A DNA stretch of 64,000 bases from a virus, in IMG/VR virus record IMGVR_UViG_3300043409_002154, positions 32,001-96,000 of that record, one strand, 5' to 3'. Each line of letters begins with the position of its first letter. Position 1 is the first letter of the stretch. Below the pieces are notes generated by a model, which was not told where the DNA came from, searched no databases, and was given only the letters and a program-made list of their open reading frames with translations. This document shows, one piece after another, positions 56,426-64,000 of this stretch. The position numbers and the translations under genes were made by a program.

Positions 56426-57614
56426 CCGTACAGGGGTAGGTTAAGGCAAATTTCGCTCTATTGACCCTCACATACATTTGCAAAATTTATATTCGGAGGA
56501 TTTCCATGTTGATATTGATTATGAACCAAAGATTAATGACGTTAACTATTGGAAACAATACCAAATTGTACATGCTCATAGAAGTATTGGTAACCAATAT
56601 GATGAATGTCCTAAAATAATTAAATCACTTAAAAGTTTAGGTATTGTAGTAATAATTGACTTAGATGATTATTGGTTGCCAACAAAAGAACACCCAATTC
56701 ATAGTTTAATAGTACAACATAAAATACACGAAAAAATCATTGCAAATTTAAAAGAGGCTTCTTGGGTTACAACAACAACTGAATTATTTGCCGATGAGAT
56801 TAAAAAAATTAATAAAAATGTTATTGTACTTCCAAACGCAATTAATCCAAAAGAAAATCAATTTAAAGAAAAAACGTTGGATTCTAAAAAAATTAGAGTT
56901 GGATGGCTTGGAGGTTCTTCTCATTTGCACGATATTGAATTATTAAATGGGTTTGTCCAAAAAATAGGAGATGAAATAAATCAAAATATACAATACGTTA
57001 TTTGTGGTTTCGATTTAAGAGGGACAGTAACTGAAATTAACGCTCAAACAAAAGAAGAAAGAAAAAGAGATATTAGACCAGATGAGACAGTTTGGGTAAA
57101 ATATGAAAAAATCTTTACAGATAATTACAATATCATTCCAAATGATTATAAAAAGTTTTTGTTAGAATATAAAGATAAAGAATATATTTCACAAGAAGAA
57201 TTACCTTACTTACGTGTTTGGACAAAACCAGTAACATCATACGCTACAAATTATAGTAAGTTTGATATTTCATTATCTCCAATAAAAAACCATATTTTTA
57301 ACAGAATGAAATCTCAATTAAAAGTAATTGAGGCCGGATTTTATAAAAAAGCATTAATTGCTTCAAGTGTTGGACCTTATAATATTGATTTAAAACATTG
57401 TCTTAAAGAGGGTCAATTTCATGATGGGAATGCGTTATTGGTAGATGAAAATAGAAATCATAGTGATTGGGCAAAATATATTAAAAAATTAGTACAAAAC
57501 CCTAATCTTATTGAAGACATGGGAAATAGATTATACGAAACAGTTAAAGTTAAATACCATCTTGATACTGTTACAAAAACTAGAAGTGAATGGTATAAAA
57601 CCTTAGTTAAATAA
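56358..57614 (+). CDS. GT-B (GT4-like) glycosyltransferase; the probable N-terminus starts at 56358 and has an in-frame TAA at 56442-56444
   Basis: Same frame as the track ORF at 56478: MTQKTNSPLNGRQKIRVLVLPSDRTGVG*GKFRSIDPHIHLQNLY; body has DLDDYW, VGWLGGSSH and FNRMKSQLKVIEAG. Confidence 0.8.
56379..56436 (+). promoter_or_regulatory. Long GC-rich RNA stem-loop ending 2 nt before the GGT codon that precedes the in-frame stop
   Basis: CCCCTGAACGGTCG (56379-56392) pairs with TGACCGTACAGGGG (56423-56436); inner stem GAGTA-TTAG-TACTC. Confidence 0.75.
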
Positions 57615-57615
57615 A

Positions 57616-58317
57616 ATGATAAAAATACCAATCACCAAAATTCTATTCCTTGATATTGAAACTGTTGGGGGATGTAAAGATTATGAAACTTGTAAAGAAA
57701 GTAATCCTAAAGTTGCCAAACAATTTCTTAAATATATTGATTGGTTTAAAAAAAGATTTCCAGAAGACTCTTCATTAAGTTTAGATGAAATCTTTATTAA
57801 ACGAACATCGTTAGTTCCTGAATTTGCAAAAATTATATGTGTTAGCGTTGCATTTGTAATAGATAATGGTGAGATTAAAAAACAAACTTTTTCTGGTGAT
57901 AATGAAAAAGAACTTTTAATTGACGTGCAAAAATTATTAGATAGGTGTGGTAAATTGGACTTTTTTCTATGTGGACATAATTTAAAGAATTTTGATATTC
58001 CGATGATGGCCAAACGTATGATTGTTAATGGGTTATTACCACCATCGATACTTCCATCTTACGATACCAAACCTTGGGAGATTAAAGCAGTTGACACTAA
58101 AGAAATATGGCAATATGGAGCATACACCGCAATTGGGTCTTTAGATTTAATGTGCGCTTGTATGGATGTGGAGTCATCAAAACAAGGGGATGTTACTGGA
58201 GATAAGGTACATGATTCTTATTGGAATAAAGACATGTTAAAAGAAATAACTGAATATTGCGAAAGAGATGTTGAAGTATTAATACAAGTAATAAAGAAAT
58301 TAAAATTATTAAAGTAA
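57616..58317 (+). CDS. DnaQ-like 3'-5' exonuclease (PolB exo2 type)
   Basis: FLDIETV, GHNLKNFDIP and YCERDV (DEDDy). Confidence 0.88.
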   Translation: MIKIPITKILFLDIETVGGCKDYETCKESNPKVAKQFLKYIDWFKKRFPEDSSLSLDEIFIKRTSLVPEFAKIICVSVAFVIDNGEIKKQTFSGDNEKELLIDVQKLLDRCGKLDFFLCGHNLKNFDIPMMAKRMIVNGLLPPSILPSYDTKPWEIKAVDTKEIWQYGAYTAIGSLDLMCACMDVESSKQGDVTGDKVHDSYWNKDMLKEITEYCERDVEVLIQVIKKLKLLK

Positions 58318-58319
58318 TT

Positions 58320-58916
58320 ATGACCGAAGAAGAAAAAAAATTTATGGAAGACTTTCAAAAAAGAATTTTTGAAGAAGACGTTAATTCTAATTTAGATATT
58401 GAAAAATTATATAGTGAATTTGGAATTGACATGGAAAAATTAGAAAAAGATTTAATGGAAAGTTCATCCCAAAAAGTACAATTAGGATATACTAAAATAC
58501 ATCCTGACGCTATTTCACCTTCATATAATTATGAAAGCGACAGTGGGTTTGATTTATATTCAACTGAAGAGGTTACTGTTGATGGATTTGGAAGAGCATT
58601 GATACCAACCGGACTTTCTTTTGACATTCCAGAAGGGTTTGAAATTCAAGTAAGGTCAAAGAGTGGGTTAGCAATAAATCAAGGTTTAATGTGTTTAAAT
58701 TCGCCTGGCACAGTAGATTATGGTTATACTGGAGAAGTAAAAGTTATTATTTTTAATACAAATAAAACTCCATTTACTATAACAAAAGGAATGAAAATTG
58801 CTCAGTCCGTTATAACTAGAGTCGCAAATGGTAAATATGTTGACTTAAATGAAAAAAATAAAGTAGCAAATAAAGATAGAAATTCAAACGGATTTGGGTC
58901 AACCGGATTATTTTAA
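58320..58916 (+). CDS. dut: Trimeric dUTPase with an acidic N-terminal extension
   Basis: SGFDL, RSKSGLA, NSPGTVDYGYTGEV, KIAQ and RNSNGFGSTG. Confidence 0.95.
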   Translation: MTEEEKKFMEDFQKRIFEEDVNSNLDIEKLYSEFGIDMEKLEKDLMESSSQKVQLGYTKIHPDAISPSYNYESDSGFDLYSTEEVTVDGFGRALIPTGLSFDIPEGFEIQVRSKSGLAINQGLMCLNSPGTVDYGYTGEVKVIIFNTNKTPFTITKGMKIAQSVITRVANGKYVDLNEKNKVANKDRNSNGFGSTGLF

Positions 58917-58921
58917 AAATT

Positions 58922-60553
58922 ATGCCAGAATTATTAACAGTCGGGTTTTCAACCAGAAATCACAATCCAAATTTTATTGATTACCTTAAAAAAACTTCAG
59001 GGTTTAAAAAAATTAACGTAATAGAAAAAATAAACACCGGTGAAAAATCATTGAGTGAAGTTTACAATGAAATTTTAAATGAATCAAAAACCGATATTGT
59101 TATTTTATGTCATGATGATATCTTATTTGACACAACATCTTGGTATAGTAAAATATTAAAACATTTTGAAAAAAGTGATTATGGTATTTTAGGTATGGCT
59201 GGAAGTACGTCTTTAACCGATTCAGGTAGATGGTGGGACGAAAGGAAAAAAATGGTTGGGATTGTAAACCACGAAAATGACGGCAAAAAATGGGAATCAA
59301 AATATTCAGAGTCATTTGAAAATGGGATTTGTCAAACTTTAATGGTTGATGGTTTGTTTATGATAATCCATAAAAAAAGAATTAAAAAAACATTTGATGT
59401 GGATTTTAAAGGGTTTCATTTTTATGATTTTTCATTTTCTTTTTTAAATCATTTAGAGGGGGTTAAAGTAGGCGTTATTACTAATATAAGACTAACTCAT
59501 AAATCAATAGGGCAAACAAACGAACAATGGGAATCAAATAGAGGTTTATTTGTTGAAAAATTTAAAAATAATTTACCATTAAAATTACCTTTTGATACAA
59601 ATAGAAAAATTAAAGTTTTATTTTCCTGTTTATCATTTAAAAATTTTACCGGCTCGGAAGTTTACGTTTATGAATTAGCTAAAAATTTAAAAAAATTAAA
59701 TTGTGACGTAACGGTTTTATCAGAAATTGGTGGACCATTAACTGAAATGGCGAAAAAAGACGGAATTAAAGTTTTACCATTTTCAAATCCTCCAGGGTTT
59801 AAGTTGGGAGACGGAAAATGGGGGTTTAATACTCCTGAAGGAGTTAAACCAAGTCAACCGGATAATATGTATAAAATATCTGAAGCAAATTTTGACATAA
59901 TTCACGTTCAACATAAACCAGTTGCTGAAAAGATGTTTCAAATGTATCCGGAAATAAATAAAATTTATACCATACATTCTGAAGTTATTAGTTTAGAAGA
60001 CCCAGTAAAAAATATTACTGTTAAAAAATATATCGCAATAAGACCAGAAATAAAAGATTACATTAAAACATTTGACATTCCTGAAAAAGATATTGAAGTT
60101 ATTTATAACCCAGTAGATAATGAAAAATTTACAAATAAGAATATTTCTTCAGGGAATTATACATTATTTGTCGGTACTATAGATTATTTAAGGGAGAACA
60201 CTATCAAAGATTTAGTTGAAAATACAAAAATAAGTAATCAAGAGCTTTGGTTAGTCGGAGAAAATAAATCAAATTATTTAGAGTTAATTTTAAAAAATCC
60301 TCATGTTAAACATTTTCCGCCAACATGGGATGTTCAAAAATATGTTAAAAACTCAAAAGAAACTGCCGGTATTCAGTTAGGTAGAACCACAATTGAAGGG
60401 TGGTTATGTGGAAAACCAAGTTGGATTTATAAAGTTGATAGTAATGGGGATATTATTGAAAAAAATAAATTTGAACCTCCATTAGATATTGAAAAATATC
60501 ACGCATTAAAAGTCGCAAATCAAATAAAAAACGAATATTTAAAAATTTTATGA
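58922..60553 (+). CDS. Two-domain glycosyltransferase (GT2-like plus GT-B)
   Basis: LCHDDI, VDGLF and FHFYD; second domain TGSEVYVYELAK...VIYNPVD...GRTTIEGWLCGKP. Confidence 0.82.
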   Translation: MPELLTVGFSTRNHNPNFIDYLKKTSGFKKINVIEKINTGEKSLSEVYNEILNESKTDIVILCHDDILFDTTSWYSKILKHFEKSDYGILGMAGSTSLTDSGRWWDERKKMVGIVNHENDGKKWESKYSESFENGICQTLMVDGLFMIIHKKRIKKTFDVDFKGFHFYDFSFSFLNHLEGVKVGVITNIRLTHKSIGQTNEQWESNRGLFVEKFKNNLPLKLPFDTNRKIKVLFSCLSFKNFTGSEVYVYELAKNLKKLNCDVTVLSEIGGPLTEMAKKDGIKVLPFSNPPGFKLGDGKWGFNTPEGVKPSQPDNMYKISEANFDIIHVQHKPVAEKMFQMYPEINKIYTIHSEVISLEDPVKNITVKKYIAIRPEIKDYIKTFDIPEKDIEVIYNPVDNEKFTNKNISSGNYTLFVGTIDYLRENTIKDLVENTKISNQELWLVGENKSNYLELILKNPHVKHFPPTWDVQKYVKNSKETAGIQLGRTTIEGWLCGKPSWIYKVDSNGDIIEKNKFEPPLDIEKYHALKVANQIKNEYLKIL

Positions 60554-62523
60554 TAATCTTAACAACAACATATAATTGTGAAAACTACATTGAAAAATGT
60601 TTATTTAGTATAATGAGTCAAAAATTTACTGACTTTAAATGTTATATAACTGACGACCTTTCTACAGATAAAACGGTAACAATTATAAAAAACACTATTA
60701 AAGATGACTCAAGATTTATTTTAATTGAAAATACAAAAAAAATGTTTCAACCTGGAAATTATGACCAAGTTATTAGGGGGTTAGATATTGATGGTGATGA
60801 AATTTGCGTTGAGGTTGATGGTGATGATTGGTTACCAAATTCAAATGTATTAGGGTACGTAGATAATGTTTATAAGGACAAAAATATTTGGATGACAAGC
60901 GGTTCTTTTAAATATCATGACGGTAGACTTGGATTTTCAAAACCCCCAAGTCAATACGATAATGTAAGAAAACAAACATTTACTCTTTCACATATTAGAA
61001 CTTGGAAATCTTGGTTATGGAAAAAAATAGAACCTAAAGATTTAAAAAACGAAAATGGTGAATATTGGGACGTTGCCGGAGATTTATCTTTTATGTTTCC
61101 AATGTTTGAAATGTCAGGTAAAAAACATTACTTATTTATCCCTGAGACGTTATATACCTACAATGAATTAAACCCTATTAATGACCATAAAGTTAATATG
61201 GATAAGGTTACAAAAACGGTAAATAAAATACGTAATATGTCTTCTTATAAAAAAATATCTAATGATGATACAAAAACTATCGATATGGTTACTCCATATC
61301 GATTTGATGTAATAATTAAATATTTATACGCAAAATCAATTATTGAGGGATTTAAAACCGACTATTTTAAAGAAATGTATAAAGAACATTTGCGTCTTTG
61401 GAATGGATTTAAAGAATATGACAACCCAAATAAAAATACATTTGAATCGTTTGATAATGAATTTAAGTTAATTATTAATTCAATACAAAAAAAAGGGTTT
61501 GACCCTGAAGTTTCAAAAATTCCAATTACTGAGGATAAATACATTGTTAATGGAGCACATAGATTAGCAGCGGCATTAGCGTGTAATAAGGAAATTGTTA
61601 CAAAATCGGCTAATATGCCAACTGACGGTCAAAAAGATTGTAGTTGGGATGGGTTATTTAAAGGGTTAAATTTATCAGAAAAATACGCAAACCAGGCGGC
61701 AATAGAATATTCCAAACTAAAAAATAACGTATATGTTGTTACTTTATTTCCATCAACTAAAGGAGATTTTAAATCGGCAATCGAAATAATTAAAAATCAT
61801 GGTAAATTAGTTTATTATAGACAAATTAATTTAAAAAATAATGGACCTCTTAATTTAATGAAAGAACTTTACGTTGGTGAAGAATGGGCTGGAGGTCATT
61901 TTAATAATTATAATGGATTTAGACTTAAAGAAAGTCTTTGTTTTACGTCAGAACATCCAACGTGGGCATTTTTAGCGGAATTTGATTCCATTGAAACAAC
62001 AAGAATTGTTAAAAATAAAATTAGAGAAAAACATGGGGTTGGAAATCATTCGGTTCATATAAATGACACTCATGAACAAACATTACGTTTGTCAAAAATA
62101 TTTTTTAATGATAATAGTATTCATCATTTAAATAATACACCTCAATTTAATTATTTAAAATTTGAAAACACAATTTCTAGTTTTAAAAATTTAATTGAAA
62201 AAAATAATCTAGATATTGACGACTATTGTCTAGTTGGAAGTTCTCCTTTATCTGTATACGGACTAAGAGAAGGTGAAGACCTTGATTACTTACACATTAA
62301 TCCATTTAATATTAAAGACGATAAAGATTTAATTCATAGTCATAATGAATATGGTAAAAATTTATATGATTTAAATTACGATGAAATCATATTAAACCCT
62401 GACAATCATTTTTACTCTAGAGGTGTTAAATTCGCATCTTTAAACGTTATTAAAAACATGAAACAAAAAAGAAACGAAATGAAAGACGTAATCGATGTTA
62501 ATTTAATAAATTCAATAACATGA
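60550..62523 (+). CDS. GT2 glycosyltransferase fused to ParB/Srx-like, NDK-like and nucleotidyltransferase-like domains
   Basis: TTTYNCENYI, DDLSTD and DGDDWL; IVNGAHRLAA; IRE..G..NHSVHIND; VGSSPL..YGLREGEDLD. Confidence 0.72.
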   Translation: MIILTTTYNCENYIEKCLFSIMSQKFTDFKCYITDDLSTDKTVTIIKNTIKDDSRFILIENTKKMFQPGNYDQVIRGLDIDGDEICVEVDGDDWLPNSNVLGYVDNVYKDKNIWMTSGSFKYHDGRLGFSKPPSQYDNVRKQTFTLSHIRTWKSWLWKKIEPKDLKNENGEYWDVAGDLSFMFPMFEMSGKKHYLFIPETLYTYNELNPINDHKVNMDKVTKTVNKIRNMSSYKKISNDDTKTIDMVTPYRFDVIIKYLYAKSIIEGFKTDYFKEMYKEHLRLWNGFKEYDNPNKNTFESFDNEFKLIINSIQKKGFDPEVSKIPITEDKYIVNGAHRLAAALACNKEIVTKSANMPTDGQKDCSWDGLFKGLNLSEKYANQAAIEYSKLKNNVYVVTLFPSTKGDFKSAIEIIKNHGKLVYYRQINLKNNGPLNLMKELYVGEEWAGGHFNNYNGFRLKESLCFTSEHPTWAFLAEFDSIETTRIVKNKIREKHGVGNHSVHINDTHEQTLRLSKIFFNDNSIHHLNNTPQFNYLKFENTISSFKNLIEKNNLDIDDYCLVGSSPLSVYGLREGEDLDYLHINPFNIKDDKDLIHSHNEYGKNLYDLNYDEIILNPDNHFYSRGVKFASLNVIKNMKQKRNEMKDVIDVNLINSIT

Positions 62524-63353
62524 AAAAAATATATTTCGCAAACACAACTTGGAACGAAAGTCCCCAGTTAATTGAGAATTTTATTCATCAAACACCGGAA
62601 AATTTAGGTGTTTGGGGGAATATTACATATACTCTAAATAAAGATGAAAGCGATTATATTATTGTAATGGATGAAACCACAGAATCTGTTGACCCTAAAA
62701 AAGTTATTTTTTTTGGGCGTGAACCACATTATATAGGTCTTAGAAAATGGACTCAAGAAAGTTATGGTAATTATCATCACGAATTAGGCAATTCATGGTT
62801 GGCAATGACATGGTGGACTAAAATTAAATTTAATGATTTAGTTAATATGGAACCAATAAAGAATAAAGATTTAAGTGCAATTGATTCTGGTAAACGACAT
62901 ACCCCCTATCATAAATTTAGAGCCGATTTAATTACTTCTTTTTTAAAAAAACACCCAAAAGAAATAGATGGTTATGGACATATATGTAATAATGTTTTAC
63001 CTTATAGAGACAAAACTAAAGGACTAATGGATTACAGATATAATTTAGTGTTAGAAAATGGCAAAACTGATTTTTATTTTAGTGAAAAATTTTGTGACCC
63101 TTTGTTGTTTCTTACAATGCCAATTTATAAAGGATGCAAAAAAATAGATAAATTTTTTCCAAAAGGGAGTTATATTGAATTTGACGATTCTAAAGGGATT
63201 GATTACGCTATCGATATGATTTTTGATTATTCAAAATCAAAGTATAGAGAAGAAAATATTGAATTATTAAAAGAAGCTAGAGATTTAACACTAAATAAAT
63301 ATAACATATGGAACACCATTTCATTGGCAGTTAATAATAAAAAAATCATATAA
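62520..63353 (+). CDS. GT10 fucosyltransferase-like protein
   Basis: YRYNLVLENG...YFSEKFCDPLL...PIYKG. Confidence 0.78.
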   Translation: MKKIYFANTTWNESPQLIENFIHQTPENLGVWGNITYTLNKDESDYIIVMDETTESVDPKKVIFFGREPHYIGLRKWTQESYGNYHHELGNSWLAMTWWTKIKFNDLVNMEPIKNKDLSAIDSGKRHTPYHKFRADLITSFLKKHPKEIDGYGHICNNVLPYRDKTKGLMDYRYNLVLENGKTDFYFSEKFCDPLLFLTMPIYKGCKKIDKFFPKGSYIEFDDSKGIDYAIDMIFDYSKSKYREENIELLKEARDLTLNKYNIWNTISLAVNNKKII

Positions 63354-63766
63354 TGGAAAAAATATATTCTAAAATAAATCCTGAAAAATTATTACATATA
63401 ATTGTTCGTAAAGAAGACATTAAATCATTAAGAGAAGATATAATACCTGAAAATAACTTTTTACAATGTTCTACTTTAAATTTACATAAAGGAAAAACAT
63501 TTAAACCACATAAACATATTTGGAAAGAAAAAAATCATAATGTTATTGCTCAAGAGAGTTGGGTCGTAATACAAGGTAGTGTGACGTGTTTTCTTTATGA
63601 TTTAAATGACGAAATTATTTCAGAACCAATATTATATCCTGGTGATGCTAGTTTTACTTTAGAAGGAGGTCATAATTATTTAATTAATGAAGAGAATACT
63701 TTAGTTTATGAATATAAAACAGGACCTTATGAAGGTCAAAAAATGGATAAAACTTTTATAAAATAA
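63353..63766 (+). CDS. WbuC-like cupin (sugar-modifying)
   Basis: PHKH...QESWVVIQG...GGH...EYKTGPY. Confidence 0.75.
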   Translation: MEKIYSKINPEKLLHIIVRKEDIKSLREDIIPENNFLQCSTLNLHKGKTFKPHKHIWKEKNHNVIAQESWVVIQGSVTCFLYDLNDEIISEPILYPGDASFTLEGGHNYLINEENTLVYEYKTGPYEGQKMDKTFIK

Positions 63767-63768
63767 TC

Positions 63769-64000
63769 ATGATTATAACTTTTTTCTGTGTAGGGGCAGT
63801 GATATTTGCGACCTACATGTATTTCACAATTTGGAATAATTATAATCCACAAACAAAGTCAAAAAGAAAAGATTATTCCAATCTTGGTGGTGAAAGTGTC
63901 GATTTACCAGAAAATATCCTGAAATTTACGGATTTTAAATACAAATACGAAGAAATTGTAAAACACACTTTTAATAATTCTTTTTTTAAAAATTATTCAG
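63769..64000 (+). CDS. Partial ORF with an N-terminal transmembrane segment (runs off the window)
   Basis: Manual translation MIITFFCVGAVIFATYMYFTIWNNYNPQ...; open to the window end. Confidence 0.5.
   Translation, partial: MIITFFCVGAVIFATYMYFTIWNNYNPQTKSKRKDYSNLGGESVDLPENILKFTDFKYKYEEIVKHTFNNSFFKNYS

Noticed and set aside
56442-56444. Genome-wide reassignment of TAA as the explanation for the in-frame stop
   Set aside because: TAA ends most genes in the window, and TAG and TGA also act as stops, with full-length proteins under code 11.
762-61544. Numerous short track ORFs antisense to or nested in long genes (e.g. 762-1151, 20766-21329, 40578-41183, 57681-58013)
   Set aside because: They are shadow frames of well-supported genes and show no recognisable motifs.
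1-64000. Giant eukaryotic virus (NCLDV) or cellular origin suggested by eukaryote-like R2, SNF2, GT60, PLOD-GT and LCIB
   Set aside because: Contractile sheath, tube, baseplate, neck, gp32-like SSB and intrinsic terminators indicate a tailed bacteriophage.
1-64000. CRISPR array, tRNA or rRNA genes
   Set aside because: Intergenic gaps are short, and I saw no spaced repeats or cloverleaf signatures by eye; tRNAscan or Infernal would be needed to exclude them fully.

Overview
This is a 64 kb, very AT-rich segment of a large myovirus-type (jumbo) tailed phage read with the standard genetic code. Shine-Dalgarno sites are largely absent and the nrdAB genes look Bacteroidetes-like, which hints at a Bacteroidota host (inference). 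The window holds a replication/recombination block (nrdA partial, nrdB, DnaB-like helicase, 5'-3' exonuclease, RecA/UvsX, gp32-like SSB), a contractile tail, baseplate and neck module, an SNF2 helicase and a family B DNA polymerase. It also carries unusual accessory enzymes (an Mn-SOD fusion and an LCIB-type beta-carbonic anhydrase) and two glycosyltransferase/methyltransferase clusters next to Pro/Thr-rich virion proteins. The top finding is a glycosyltransferase gene just downstream of a free-standing homing endonuclease. Its N-terminus is interrupted in frame by GGT-TAA-GGC (Gly-stop-Gly), immediately after a long GC-rich hairpin, which suggests programmed ribosomal stop-hopping or bypassing tied to an endonuclease target site. 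Other findings are a probable +1 (or -2) frameshift in the tail chaperone at TTT-TTT-CGG, a putative virion O-glycosylation pathway, a recurring TATTTAT promoter-like motif, and several small ORFs missed by the track. All protein assignments rest on motif recognition by eye, with no database searches.
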